Assembly (NCBI GenBank): GCA_963813155.1
Contig: CAWEYG010000002.1
Span: 480,001-544,000, forward strand
Direction of reading: 5' to 3'
Source: an uncultured Acidobacteriota bacterium
GTDB taxonomy: Bacteria; Acidobacteriota; Thermoanaerobaculia; UBA5066; DATFVB01
DNA length: 64,000 nt
The notes below the pieces were generated by a model that searched no databases, was not told the DNA's origin, and saw nothing but the letters and a program-made list of their open reading frames with translations. A program made the translations under genes and the position numbers. Shown here in pieces: positions 50,937-61,372 of this stretch; the stretch's first letter is position 1, and each line of letters begins with the position of its first letter.

Positions 50937-51595
50937 AAGCCGTCGTTCTTCTTTCCGGGGGCGCCGATTCGGCGACGTGCCTCGCGCTCGCGCGGGCGAA
51001 GGGGCGCGAGGTGTTCGCGCTCTCGTTTCGGTACGGCCAGAGGCACCGCGTGGAGCTGCGCTTCGCGCGCCGTCTCGCGCGCCGCTACGAATGCGCGGCT
51101 CACCGCATCGTGAACGTGGACCTGCCGGCGGCCGGAACCTCCGCGCTCACGTCGCGGAAAATTCCGGTCCCGCGGCGCGCCGGGGCGCGCGGAACGATTC
51201 CCGTCACGTACGTCCCGGGACGCAACACGATTTTTCTCGCGCACGCGCTTTCCTGGGCCGAGGCGGTCGGCGCCTTCGAAATCTGGATCGGCGCGAACGT
51301 CCTCGACTACTCCGGCTATCCGGACTGTCGCCCCGAATTTCTCCGAGCATTCGAAAGGACGGCCAACCTCGCGACGAAGGCCGGCGCGGAAAAGAGCGGA
51401 CGATTCAAGGTCGTCGCGCCCCTCTTGAAGTTGACGAAGGTGGAGATCCTGCGACTGGGCACCTCCCTCGGCCTGGATTACGCCTGGACTTTTTCCTGCT
51501 ACGACCCTTCAGCCGAGGGATCACCGTGCGGGAATTGCGACTCTTGCCGGATTCGAAATCGCGCGCTTCGGCGCCTCCAAAAGCACTCAAGATAA
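50933..51595 (+). CDS. queC: 7-cyano-7-deazaguanine synthase
   Basis: LSGGADS, YGQRH, TYVPGRN, GYPDCR, SCY...CGNCDSC. Confidence 0.95.
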   Translation: MKAVVLLSGGADSATCLALARAKGREVFALSFRYGQRHRVELRFARRLARRYECAAHRIVNVDLPAAGTSALTSRKIPVPRRAGARGTIPVTYVPGRNTIFLAHALSWAEAVGAFEIWIGANVLDYSGYPDCRPEFLRAFERTANLATKAGAEKSGRFKVVAPLLKLTKVEILRLGTSLGLDYAWTFSCYDPSAEGSPCGNCDSCRIRNRALRRLQKHSR

Positions 51596-51672
51596 AAGCT
51601 GCTGGAGCTAAGTGTTTCGGATGAAGTATATTACAATCTTAGCAGTTGCCAGAAGATTTACCATCAAATGAT

Positions 51673-51701
51673 TTGACATTAAACCACTAAGATTATATCG
51701 T
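51673..51701 (+). promoter_or_regulatory. Sigma70-type promoter of clpB
   Basis: TTGACA-N17-TATCGT, ending 9 nt before the ATG, within an AT-rich patch. Confidence 0.7.
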
Positions 51702-51710
51702 TGCAGTGTT

Positions 51711-54383
51711 ATGAGAGCAGATCAACTGACCGTCAAAGCCCAGGAGGCGCTCGCGGAGGCGCAGCGCGGAGCCCGCGAATCCGGGCACGCGGAGACGACG
51801 CCGGACCACCTCCTGAAGGCGCTCATCGAGCAGGAAGAGGGGATCGTCGCCCCGATCCTCGCGAAAGTCGGAGTCGCGCGGGAAGCCGTTTCCCGCGAGC
51901 TCGAGGCGTCGCTCTCCCGGAGGTCGAAGGTCTCCGGATCGTCGGCCGAGCCGCAGATCGCGCCCGCTCTCGCGAAGGTCCTCGACCGGGCGCTGGAAAT
52001 CGCCCACAAGTTCCAGGACGAGTATGTCTCGACCGAGCACCTGCTTCTCGCAATTGCGGACGCGCGCGGAACGCAGGCCGAGAAAATCCTGTCGGCCGCC
52101 GGAGCCAAAGAGTCCGCCCTGCTCGCCGCGCTCAAGGAAGTCCGCGGCTCCGCGCGAGTGACCGATCCGAATCCCGAAGACAAATACCAGGCGCTCAAGA
52201 AATACGCTCGAGACCTGACCGAGGCGGCGCGCAAGGGCAAACTCGACCCGGTCATCGGCCGGGATGACGAGATTCGGCGCGTGATCCAGGTGCTTTCGCG
52301 GCGCACGAAAAACAACCCCGTCCTGATCGGCGAACCCGGCGTCGGAAAGACGGCGATCGTCGAGGGCCTCGCGCAGCGAATTCATTCCGGGGACGTGCCG
52401 GAGGGTCTCAAAAGAAAGTCCGTCGTCGCGATGGATCTCGGCTCCCTCATCGCGGGCGCGAAGTACCGCGGCGAATTCGAAGACCGGCTCAAGGCCGTTT
52501 TGAAGGAAGTCGAAGAGGCCGAGGGGCGCGTCATCCTGTTCATCGACGAGCTCCATACGCTCGTCGGCGCGGGCGCGTCCGAAGGATCGATGGACGCCTC
52601 GAACATGCTCAAGCCGGCCCTCGCCCGCGGCGAGCTTCGCGCGATCGGCGCGACGACCCTGAACGAATACCAGAAGTACATCGAGAAAGACGCGGCCCTC
52701 GAGCGGCGTTTCCAGCCCGTCTACGTGGAAGAGCCGACCCTCGAGGACACGATTGCGATCCTTCGCGGCCTCAAGGAGAAATACGAGGTTCACCACGGCG
52801 TGAGGATCACCGACGCGGCGATCGTCGCAGCCGCAACTCTCTCTTACCGCTACATCACGGACCGGTTCCTGCCGGACAAGGCGATCGACCTGGTCGACGA
52901 AGCGGCGTCCGGACTGCGGATCGAGATCGACTCCCTCCCGACCGAGATCGACGAGATCGAGCGGCGGATCGTGAGTCTCGAGATCGAAAAGCGAGCCCTG
53001 TCCCGCGAGGAAACGCCGGCCGCGAAGGAGCGGCTCTCGGCGATCGAGAGGATCCTGTCCGACGAAAAGGAAAAGTCCTCGCAACTCAAGCTCCAGTGGA
53101 ACAACGAGAAAGAAGCGATCGGAAAGCTCCGGTCGCTGAAGGAAGAGATCGAGGGGGTCAAGGCGCAGGCGCTGGAGGCGGAACGCGCCGGAGACCTGGA
53201 GAAGACCTCGATCCTGCGCTACGGAACGCTGCGGCAGCTCGAAGAGTCTCTCTCCGAAGCGAACGCGAAGCTCGCGTCGGTTCAGAAGACGGCGGCCCCG
53301 ATGCTCAAGGAAGAGGTCGACGAAGAGGACATCGCGAAAGTCGTCGCGAAGTGGACCGGCATTCCGGTGTCGCGCATGATGGAAGCCGAGAGCCAGAAGC
53401 TCCTGCGGATGGAGTCGCGGCTGCGCCTCCGCGTCGTCGGGCAGGAGGAGGCCGTGCAGGCGGTCTCGGACGCCGTGCGGCGGTCGCGCGCGGGCCTTTC
53501 CGACCCGAATCGGCCGGTCGGCTCCTTCATCTTCCTCGGGCCGACGGGCGTCGGGAAGACCGAGCTGTCGCGAGCCCTGGCGGAATTCCTCTTCGACGAC
53601 GAGAACGCGATGGTGCGGCTCGACATGTCGGAGTACATGGAGAAGCACAGCGTCTCGCGGATGATCGGCGCTCCCCCGGGGTACGTCGGCTACGAAGAGG
53701 GCGGCCAGCTCACGGAGGCCGTCCGGCGCCGGCCCTACAGCGTGATCCTTTTCGACGAGATCGAGAAGGCGCATCCCGAAGTCTTCAACGTGCTGCTGCA
53801 GCTGCTCGACGACGGTCGCCTGACCGACGGCAAGGGACGCAAGGTCGACTTCCGCAACGCCGTCGTCATCCTGACGTCGAACATCGGGTCCGAATGGATC
53901 ATCGAGCTCGCGGAACGGGACGAGGAAGAGATGAAGGCGAAGGTCACCGAGGCGCTCGCGCGCCACTTCCGCCCGGAGTTCCTGAACCGCATCGACGACG
54001 TCGTCGTCTTTCACCGGCTTCAGGAAGCCCAGATTGAAAAGATCGTCGACATCCAGCTCGATCGGCTCGCCGCGACGCTCTCGGGCCGCGGCATCCGGCT
54101 CGCCTGGACGCCCGAGGTTCGCGAATGGCTCGCGAAACGGGGCTACGACCCGGCTTTCGGGGCCCGGCCCCTGAAGCGCACGATCCAGAAGACCGTGCAG
54201 GACGCCCTCGCGCGCCGAGTCCTGGAGGGCAGGCTCACGGGAAAGAAGGCCCTCGCGATCGGCGTCGACCCGGCCGCCGACGCCCTGACGTTCCGGGAGA
54301 TCGACGACCGCGAGTTCGAACAGCTCGCGAAAGCGCGGGAGAAGGAAACGCCCGCCGACCCGGCCTCCGCGGCGATTCACTGA
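51711..54383 (+). CDS. clpB: ATP-dependent chaperone ClpB
   Basis: GEPGVGKT and GPTGVGKT Walker A motifs, long coiled-coil middle domain, FGARPLKR. Confidence 0.97.
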   Translation: MRADQLTVKAQEALAEAQRGARESGHAETTPDHLLKALIEQEEGIVAPILAKVGVAREAVSRELEASLSRRSKVSGSSAEPQIAPALAKVLDRALEIAHKFQDEYVSTEHLLLAIADARGTQAEKILSAAGAKESALLAALKEVRGSARVTDPNPEDKYQALKKYARDLTEAARKGKLDPVIGRDDEIRRVIQVLSRRTKNNPVLIGEPGVGKTAIVEGLAQRIHSGDVPEGLKRKSVVAMDLGSLIAGAKYRGEFEDRLKAVLKEVEEAEGRVILFIDELHTLVGAGASEGSMDASNMLKPALARGELRAIGATTLNEYQKYIEKDAALERRFQPVYVEEPTLEDTIAILRGLKEKYEVHHGVRITDAAIVAAATLSYRYITDRFLPDKAIDLVDEAASGLRIEIDSLPTEIDEIERRIVSLEIEKRALSREETPAAKERLSAIERILSDEKEKSSQLKLQWNNEKEAIGKLRSLKEEIEGVKAQALEAERAGDLEKTSILRYGTLRQLEESLSEANAKLASVQKTAAPMLKEEVDEEDIAKVVAKWTGIPVSRMMEAESQKLLRMESRLRLRVVGQEEAVQAVSDAVRRSRAGLSDPNRPVGSFIFLGPTGVGKTELSRALAEFLFDDENAMVRLDMSEYMEKHSVSRMIGAPPGYVGYEEGGQLTEAVRRRPYSVILFDEIEKAHPEVFNVLLQLLDDGRLTDGKGRKVDFRNAVVILTSNIGSEWIIELAERDEEEMKAKVTEALARHFRPEFLNRIDDVVVFHRLQEAQIEKIVDIQLDRLAATLSGRGIRLAWTPEVREWLAKRGYDPAFGARPLKRTIQKTVQDALARRVLEGRLTGKKALAIGVDPAADALTFREIDDREFEQLAKAREKETPADPASAAIH

Positions 54384-54450
54384 AACTTCCCGGCCGACAT
54401 CCGGGCCGACCGGAAGGAATGCCGGAAAGCCGGCCCGCGTTGGAAAGCGC

Positions 54451-55782
54451 ATGACGAGTGTTTTCCGGAAGCCCCTCGAAATCCGGGCGGCGGCCTGCGG
54501 AGCCGTCTCCCTTCTTCTCGCCTCCTGGTCCGGCGCCGCGACTCCCCCGACCCGGCGCAACGAAGTCGTCGCCGTCGTCGAGAAAGTCTCTCCCGCGGTC
54601 GTCAACATTTCGGCCGAGCAGACGGTTCGCCGCCAGCCCACGATCTTCGACCAGTTCTTCGGCGAACCCGGCGGCTCGCCGCGGCGCTATAAGACGAAGT
54701 CGCTCGGGTCCGGCGTCGTCATCAACGGCAACGGAGTGATCCTCACCAACGACCACGTCGTGTCGGGCGCGTCGAAAATCATCGCCACGACGAAGAGCGG
54801 CCAGGAGTACGAGTGCGAAGTCGTCGGCTCGGACCGCGACAACGACGTCGCCGTGCTTCGCGTCAAGGGCTCCCGGGGCAACCTTCCGATGCTCCCGATG
54901 GGCAATTCCTCCGACATCCTGATCGGCGAAACGGTCATCGCGATCGGCAACCCGTTCGGCCTGTCCAACACGGTCACGGCCGGCGTCGTGTCCGCTCTCG
55001 GCCGAACCGTTCCGGAAGAAAACACCCAGCGCGTCTTCACGGATTTCATCCAGACCGACGCGTCGATCAACCCCGGAAACTCGGGCGGCCCGCTCGTCAA
55101 CGTCGACGGCCAGCTGATCGGCATCAACACGGCGATCGTCGGGGGCGCATCCGGAATCGGCTTCGCGATCCCGATCGACCGCGCGAAACGGATCGTCGAA
55201 GACATTCTCCACTTCGGCTCGGTGCGGCCGGCCTGGATCGGAGTGCGGGGCCGCACGGCGACGTCCCGGCTCGGGAGCGAGGGAAAGCCCCTTGGATTCC
55301 GCGTGACCTCCATCGAGGCCGGATCCCCCGCGGCGCGCGCCGGGATCGAGAAGAACGACGTGATCACCGAGGCCGGCGGGCGCGCCGTCGCTTCGAAGAA
55401 CGACTTCGACACGGCGCTCTCGAGCGTCGTCCCGGGACAACTCATCCCGCTGTCGATCAAGACCGGAAACTCCTCGAAAAAGATTTCGCTGCGCACGGCG
55501 GAACCTCCCCCGTCGCTCTGGTCGCAGGTCCTGCGGAAGGACGTCGGAATCGAGGTGGCGCCGGAGCGGGGAACTCTCCGAATCGCGCAGGTCGCGCGGG
55601 GATCGGCCGCCTCGCGCGCCGGCCTCGAGCCGGGCGACTCCCTCGTGGGCCTCAACGGCGAGCCGGTTCGGTCGGAGAAGGACGCGGCGGCGGTCCTGAA
55701 TCGCGACTTCAACCGCACGACGCTCCTGATGACCGTCGCCCGCGGCGGCTGGGAGTACACGCTCACGTTTCCGCTGGATTAG
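54451..55782 (+). CDS. DegP/HtrA family serine protease with two PDZ domains
   Basis: LGSGV, TNDHV, QTDASINPGNSGGPL. Confidence 0.92.
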   Translation: MTSVFRKPLEIRAAACGAVSLLLASWSGAATPPTRRNEVVAVVEKVSPAVVNISAEQTVRRQPTIFDQFFGEPGGSPRRYKTKSLGSGVVINGNGVILTNDHVVSGASKIIATTKSGQEYECEVVGSDRDNDVAVLRVKGSRGNLPMLPMGNSSDILIGETVIAIGNPFGLSNTVTAGVVSALGRTVPEENTQRVFTDFIQTDASINPGNSGGPLVNVDGQLIGINTAIVGGASGIGFAIPIDRAKRIVEDILHFGSVRPAWIGVRGRTATSRLGSEGKPLGFRVTSIEAGSPAARAGIEKNDVITEAGGRAVASKNDFDTALSSVVPGQLIPLSIKTGNSSKKISLRTAEPPPSLWSQVLRKDVGIEVAPERGTLRIAQVARGSAASRAGLEPGDSLVGLNGEPVRSEKDAAAVLNRDFNRTTLLMTVARGGWEYTLTFPLD

Positions 55783-56698
55783 TTCGCGGCCGCGCGCCTG
55801 CCCGGCTTCATTTCCGACACGACGATCCCGGCGATGACGAACCCGCCGCCGGCGAGACCCCGGGCTCCGAGCCGCTCCCCCAGGATGATCGCCGCGAAGA
55901 TGGCCGTCCAGAACGGCTCGAGCGCGTAGATCACGGCCGCGTGGGTCGCGGACATCTTCGTCTGCGCCCACGTCGTCACGATGAACGTGATCAGGGTCGC
56001 GAACACGATCATGTAGGAGATGGCGGCGACGAACGGCTGCGATCGAACACCATCGGCCTCGCCTCGTACCCGACGAGGGCGAGCGGGGGATGCCCGACCC
56101 GGAGCCAGAAGGACAGGATCCACAGCGTCGCCGCAGCTACCGTCAGTTGAAACGCGGTGAACCGCAGCGTCGGGTGCCGCGGCGCGCGCTCGGCGTTCTC
56201 CACGATATAGATCGCGAACATTACCGCGCAGACGAACACCATCAGGTCGCCCCGGTTGACGTGGCCACCGCCGGCCGGCCAGGAGAGCAGAAAAAAACCG
56301 GCCGTCGCCAGCAGAATGCCGAGGAGATTCGCGATTCCCGGCCCGCGGCGCGTGCGGAAGATCGCGAAAAACGGCGTCAACACGACCGAGAGCCCCGTGA
56401 TGAACGCCGTCTTCGAAGCGCTCGTCTCGGTCTGGCCGGCGATCTGAAACGCCATCCCGAACGTCAGGACGACTCCGAGAAAGACGCTGTCTCGAACGAT
56501 CGACGGCGTGCGGACCTGGCGGGCCGAAGCCAGGAGCAGCAGCACCGCTGCGACGCTGAACCGGAGGGCGAGGTAGGCGATCGGCGGCTCTCGCCCGATC
56601 ACTTTCGCGTTGACGATGAACGTCGACCCCCAGATGAGCGTGATCCCGACGAGCGCGATGTCTGCCTTCCACGAGGAGTTTTCCGACGCGGCGCTCAT
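55779..56698 (-). CDS. EamA/DMT family transporter (frameshift ~56035)
   Basis: ITLIWGSTF, ASKTAFITGL, then AAVIYALEPFW in the shifted frame. Confidence 0.85.
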
Positions 56699-56728
56699 CG
56701 CGCGCGATCGTATAAGATCGCGGATCTC

Positions 56729-58147
56729 ATGTCCGTCCGCGTGCGTTTCGCGCCTTCTCCCACCGGCAGCCTCCACGTCGGCGGGGCGAGAACGGCTCTC
56801 GACAATTTTCTGTTCGCGCGGCACTCCGGCGGCGTCCACATCCTCCGAATCGAGGACACCGACGTCGAGCGATCCCGCGCCGAGCTGACGGACCAGATCC
56901 TGCGCTCGATGGAATGGCTCGGGCTGGAATGGGACGAAGGGCCGATCCACCAGTCGGATCGCATGGACCTCTACCGGGCGAAGGCCGACGAGCTGCTCGC
57001 CGCGGGGAAGGCGTACCGGTGCTTCTGTTCTCAGGAGGATCTGGACGCCGAGCGAAAGCGCGCCGAGGCGGAAAAACGCGCCTACCAGTATTCCAAGAAG
57101 TGCCGAAATCTCGATCCGGCGGACTCGGACCGCCGGGCCTCCGCCGGCGAAAGGTTCGTCCTGCGCCTGCGCGTTCCGCCCGACCCCATCGCCGTCGACG
57201 ACCTCATCCGCGGACGAATCGAGTTTCCCGCCGGCGCGACGGACGACTTCGTGCTCGTCCGGTCGGGGGGACATCCGCTCTACCACTTCACCGTCTGCGT
57301 CGACGACGTGGACATGCGCATCACGCACGTCATCCGCGGCGACGACCACCTCGCGAACACGCCCAAGCACGTCGCTCTGTTCGGGGCGCTCGGAGCGGAG
57401 CTTCCGAAGTTCGCCCACCTCGGCATGATCTACGGCACGGATCGAAAGAAGCTCTCGAAGCGGCACGGCGCGGCCTCTGTCGAGGAATGGCGGGACGCCG
57501 GCATCTTTCCGGAGACCCTCGTGAACTTCCTCGCGCTGCTCGGATGGTCGCCCGGCGACGACCGCGAGATCATGACGCTGCCGGAAATGATCCGGGACTT
57601 CTCGCTCGACCGCGTGGGATCGTCGCCCTCCGTGTTCGATCCGGACAAGCTCCTCTGGATGAACTCGAAGTACCTGGCGGCGATGTCTCCCGAAGAGATC
57701 CTCCGCCGCGCCGAAGCCGGCGGCGCGACGATCCGCAATCCCAGGATCGCCCTCGCCGCGATTCCCCTTCACCGCGAGCGGTCGCGGACGCTTCCGGAGC
57801 TTCTCTCGGCCCTCGCCGACTACGAAGAAGATCCGAGCAACTACGACCCGGCCGGCCTGAAGAAAAACGTGGGACCGGAGACTCCCGCGCTCCTGTCCGA
57901 TCTCGCCGGACGATTCGCCGCCCTCGGCTCGTTCGAAAAGGCCGGCCTCGAGGAGGCGCTCCGCCAGGTCGCGAACGAAAAGGGCGTCGCCGCGGGAAAG
58001 CTCATCCATCCCCTTCGCCTCGCGGCGACCGGAAAGACCGTCGGCGCGCCGCTCTTCGACGTTCTGGAGCTGCTCGGGAAGGAGACCGTCGAACGGAGGA
58101 TTCGAAACTTCGTCGCGGCGATCAGCGCGGGACCTCAGTCTCCTTAG
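56729..58147 (+). CDS. gltX: Glutamate--tRNA ligase
   Basis: RFAPSPTGSLHVGG, RIEDTD, IRGDDH, KLSKRHGA, anticodon-binding C-terminus. Confidence 0.96.
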   Translation: MSVRVRFAPSPTGSLHVGGARTALDNFLFARHSGGVHILRIEDTDVERSRAELTDQILRSMEWLGLEWDEGPIHQSDRMDLYRAKADELLAAGKAYRCFCSQEDLDAERKRAEAEKRAYQYSKKCRNLDPADSDRRASAGERFVLRLRVPPDPIAVDDLIRGRIEFPAGATDDFVLVRSGGHPLYHFTVCVDDVDMRITHVIRGDDHLANTPKHVALFGALGAELPKFAHLGMIYGTDRKKLSKRHGAASVEEWRDAGIFPETLVNFLALLGWSPGDDREIMTLPEMIRDFSLDRVGSSPSVFDPDKLLWMNSKYLAAMSPEEILRRAEAGGATIRNPRIALAAIPLHRERSRTLPELLSALADYEEDPSNYDPAGLKKNVGPETPALLSDLAGRFAALGSFEKAGLEEALRQVANEKGVAAGKLIHPLRLAATGKTVGAPLFDVLELLGKETVERRIRNFVAAISAGPQSP

Positions 58148-58163
58148 GCACCCCGCCTTCCCG

Positions 58164-59210
58164 ATGCGCGCCGTCCGACTGAATCGAACCGGAGAAGGCC
58201 TGCGGGACGAAAACGTTCCCGACGCCGCACCCGGCGAGGGCGAGATCGTGGTCCAGGTCCGGGCCGCCGGGATCTGCCACTCGGACGCGCACTATCGAAA
58301 GGACCCGGGCCGGACGAAGCTGCCCGTCACGCCGGGCCACGAAATCGCGGGCGTCGTCGCCGCCGTCGGAAAGGGCGTTGCCGATTTCTCCGCAGGCGAT
58401 CGGGTCGCGCTCCACTACCTTGTCTCTTGCGGGCTCGTCTCGTGCAGCCAATGTTCCGATCGCCTTCGCGGCGGCGAAAGGTTCTGCGCCGAGGCCTCGA
58501 TGTTCGGAAAGGATCGCGACGGAGGGTACGCCGAGCTCGTGGCCGCCCCGGCCGCCAACGCCGTGCGGATACCCGATTCCGTGCCGTTCGAGCAGGCCGC
58601 GGTGATGATGTGCTCCTCGGCCACGGCGCTCCACGCGCTCCGGCTCGCGGGTCTGCGCCCGGGCGAATCCGTTCTCGTCGTCGGTTTCGGAGGCCTCGGC
58701 TTCTCTGCGGTCGAGCTCGCGAAGGCGTTCGGGGCAGGCCGGATCTTTGCGGCCGACGTCGTCCCGGCCAAGCTCGAGGCTGCCCGGGCGCTCGGCGCGG
58801 AAACGGTCGACGCCTCGGACGGGACGATCGAGGACCGCGTCGCCGCCCTCACGAACGGACGCGGTGCCGACGTCGCGCTCGATTTCGCCGGCTCGCCCGC
58901 GGCGCGGACCTCGGCTCTCCGCTCGCTCGCCCCGGAAGGCCGGCTCGTGATCGTCGCGCTCGACGACCGGCCGTTCCCCTTCGACCCGTACCGCGACGTT
59001 CTCGGGAAGGAGAGACGGATCATCGGGTGCTCCGACCATCTCTTCAGCGACCTGACGGAACTGATGGATCTCGCGGCAGCGAAGCGCATCGACCTTTCGG
59101 GAGCCGTCACCCGAACCGTGCCGCTCGAAGCGGCGGAGATCAACGGGGTCCTGGACGAGCTCGATACCGGGACGTCGCACCTGCGCGCGGTGATCCTCCC
59201 GCGCGGCTGA
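58164..59210 (+). CDS. Zinc-binding alcohol dehydrogenase (MDR family)
   Basis: GICHSD, GHEIAG, structural Zn cysteines, GFGGLG. Confidence 0.93.
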   Translation: MRAVRLNRTGEGLRDENVPDAAPGEGEIVVQVRAAGICHSDAHYRKDPGRTKLPVTPGHEIAGVVAAVGKGVADFSAGDRVALHYLVSCGLVSCSQCSDRLRGGERFCAEASMFGKDRDGGYAELVAAPAANAVRIPDSVPFEQAAVMMCSSATALHALRLAGLRPGESVLVVGFGGLGFSAVELAKAFGAGRIFAADVVPAKLEAARALGAETVDASDGTIEDRVAALTNGRGADVALDFAGSPAARTSALRSLAPEGRLVIVALDDRPFPFDPYRDVLGKERRIIGCSDHLFSDLTELMDLAAAKRIDLSGAVTRTVPLEAAEINGVLDELDTGTSHLRAVILPRG

Positions 59211-59225
59211 TTTCGGGGACGGCGG

Positions 59226-59579
59226 TCAGCGCTCCCGGGCCTTCGTCGGGGCGGGCCTGTACGATTCGCTCATCGCACGCAGCTTCCGGATCGTCTCGCG
59301 CAGGACGCCGACCGCTCCCGGGATCTCGCGTCCGTAGAGCTTCATCTCGGCCTCGCAGTCGGTCATGCCGTAGACGGCGGCATCGCTTTCCAGACGGTTC
59401 TTCTCGAACTCGAGTCGCTCGACGAGCTCGTCGATCTCCGACCGGAGGATGTAGGAGAGGTCCCGATCGCCCAGATAGCGCCCGCACTGGGGGCAGTGGA
59501 TCGTCTGATAGCCGTCGAGCGGCTCGTCGATCACGAACTGCCTCTCGCAGCGGGGGCATTCGAAGACCTCGGGCAACAT
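59226..59579 (-). CDS. Small zinc-ribbon + coiled-coil hypothetical protein
   Basis: ATG 59579; CPRC...CPQC followed by a helical acidic region. Confidence 0.65.
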   Translation of the reverse strand: MLPEVFECPRCERQFVIDEPLDGYQTIHCPQCGRYLGDRDLSYILRSEIDELVERLEFEKNRLESDAAVYGMTDCEAEMKLYGREIPGAVGVLRETIRKLRAMSESYRPAPTKARER

Positions 59580-59629
59580 GGCAGAAGAATTGTCCGCCTC
59601 GCCGCGGGAGAATGCAACGGGTGGAACGC

Positions 59630-59989
59630 TCACCCGCCGGATTTCTTCGGGCGGAATCCCTCGCTTGACAAAAGTGACAAAACGGTCTCCACGTGGTCGC
59701 CCTGGATCTCGATGACGCCGTTCTTGACGGTGCCTCCGGCGCCACAGCGCGCCTTCAATTTCTTCGCGAGAGCCGCGAGCGGGTCCTCGGATTCTTCGAG
59801 GCCCGTCACGACGGTCACCGTCTTGCCGGCGCGACCCGACGAGCTTCGCGAGACGCGGACACGCTGATCCTTTTTCGGAGCGGCGGAAGTCTTCGAGCAG
59901 GCGCACTGGTCGGCCGGCCACCCGCACTTCGCGCAGCGAGAAACGCCGCCGGAACCTCCGGGGCCCGAGGAATAAACGAGGGGCCTTAT
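59630..59989 (-). CDS. yciH: SUI1/eIF1-like translation factor (YciH); apparent ATA start
   Basis: RPLVYSS, CAKC..C.C, GRAGKTVTVVTGL, LAKKLKARCGAGGTVKNGVIEIQGDH. Confidence 0.85.
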   Translation of the reverse strand: MRPLVYSSGPGGSGGVSRCAKCGWPADQCACSKTSAAPKKDQRVRVSRSSSGRAGKTVTVVTGLEESEDPLAALAKKLKARCGAGGTVKNGVIEIQGDHVETVLSLLSSEGFRPKKSGG

Positions 59990-61359
59990 GCCCGGATTTC
60001 TCCCACTCTTCGAAAGTATTCCGCGAAAGCCATCATTCCGCCGCGGGCCTGCTGCCAGTCGAAGTTCTCGTTCGGAGCATGGTAGCCGTGCTCCGGCAGC
60101 GAGAGGCCGAGGAAGTAAACGGGCGCCTTCAGCACTTTTTCCATCGAAAGGACGGCCCCGATCGAACCACCCTCGCGGACGAAGACGGGCTCTTTGCCGA
60201 ACGCGAACTTCATCGACGCCCTGATCGCATCGGCGTGCGGCCCCGTCGTCTTCGCGAGATAGCCCGGCAGCTCGTGCTCGTGCCAGACTTCCACGTCGGG
60301 GTTCTTCTTCTTCACGAAAGCTTTCACGAGCTTGACGATCTTCTTCGGATTCTGATTCGGAACGAGCCGGCACGAAACGATCGCTGTCGCCGACGGAGGA
60401 ATGATCGTCTTGACGCCCGGTCCGACGTAGCCCCCGGCGATTCCGTGGACTTCGAAGGTCGGCATCATCCAGATCCGCTTCATGACCTCGAGAGGATCGT
60501 CGACGCGAAGCGATTTCAACAGATGGTCTTTCTTGAATTCGCGCGTCGTGAATCCGCACTTGCGCAGATCGTCGAGCTCTTTCTTCGTCGGCTTGACGAC
60601 GTCGTCGTAGAAGCCGGGAATCTTCACCCGCCCCGTTTTCGCGTCGAGGCACTCGGCGATGAGCGCGCAGATCTCGGCCTGCGGATTTCGCGCAGCGCCC
60701 CCGGTCGTCCCGGAGTGCTGATCGGTTTCGCCCGTCCGCAGCGTGAAGCGGAAACCCTGAAGGCCCCGCAGGCCCGCCGGGCAGGCCGGATGCTTTCGCG
60801 AAACCCAGACCGTGTCGGAGACAACGACCGACTGCGTGCGAAAATCGTCGCGGTGGGCCTTGATCGTCGCCTCGAAATGCGGCGAGCCGATTTCCTCCTC
60901 GAGCTCCCACAGGAAGTCGATGTTGACCCGCGCGCCGTTGTCGGCGGCGTACTTCGCCCCGAAGAGTGCGGAAATCGCGGGCCCCTTGTCGTCGGTCGTT
61001 CCTCGCCCGAGATAGCGATCGCCGTCGCGAACGAACCGGAACGGCTCGGTCTTCCAGTCCGGCCCCTCGGCGGGCTGAACGTCGAGATGGTTGTAGATCG
61101 TGGCGGTCGGAAATGCCGGGTCGAGCTCGAACCGTCCGTGGACGAGCGGGTGGCCCCCGGTCTCGTAGACCCGGGCGCGCGCGCCCATCGATTCGAGCAG
61201 CTGCGCGGCGTATCGCGCGCCGCGGGCCATGTCGTCCCGGTGCTCCGGCTCGACGGAGACCGTGGGGATATCCACGATGTCCCGCAGCACCGACTCGAAC
61301 CTGTCCCGCGACGCGTCGGCGTACTGCGAGACCGAATTCTTCGAGAATTGATCCGGCAT
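59986..61359 (-). CDS. M20 family metallo-dipeptidase
   Basis: YNHLDVQP, GRGTTDDKG, EEEIGS, HSG, GGSIG, HAPNENF. Confidence 0.93.
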   Translation of the reverse strand: MPDQFSKNSVSQYADASRDRFESVLRDIVDIPTVSVEPEHRDDMARGARYAAQLLESMGARARVYETGGHPLVHGRFELDPAFPTATIYNHLDVQPAEGPDWKTEPFRFVRDGDRYLGRGTTDDKGPAISALFGAKYAADNGARVNIDFLWELEEEIGSPHFEATIKAHRDDFRTQSVVVSDTVWVSRKHPACPAGLRGLQGFRFTLRTGETDQHSGTTGGAARNPQAEICALIAECLDAKTGRVKIPGFYDDVVKPTKKELDDLRKCGFTTREFKKDHLLKSLRVDDPLEVMKRIWMMPTFEVHGIAGGYVGPGVKTIIPPSATAIVSCRLVPNQNPKKIVKLVKAFVKKKNPDVEVWHEHELPGYLAKTTGPHADAIRASMKFAFGKEPVFVREGGSIGAVLSMEKVLKAPVYFLGLSLPEHGYHAPNENFDWQQARGGMMAFAEYFRRVGEIRA

Positions 61360-61372
61360 CCTCACTCCTTGT

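Noticed and set aside
13701-51595. queD/queE/queC as a 7-deazaguanine DNA-modification (dpd) defence island
   Set aside because: The genes are dispersed among housekeeping loci with no dpdA/tgt paralogue or helicases nearby; ordinary queuosine synthesis is more likely.
51582-51660. CIRCE element upstream of clpB
   Set aside because: Only half-site resemblances (AGCACTC, TTAGCAGTT) with no matching second arm at 9-nt spacing.
54384-54450. CCGGAAGGAA hairpin as SRP RNA
   Set aside because: It lacks the flanking CAGG/GCAGC helix-8 context and the space is too short.
10950-56698. Many frameshifted genes (radical SAMs, GT-C cluster, rseP, dxr, EamA) read as pseudogenes or programmed frameshifts
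   Set aside because: They hit normally important genes, the motifs on both sides are intact, and I see no consistent slippery signal. Sequencing or assembly indels are the simplest explanation; read polishing would settle it.
58419-58445. LVSCG-LVSC tandem duplication in the alcohol dehydrogenase
   Set aside because: A short in-frame duplication in the structural zinc loop; no evidence of wider significance.
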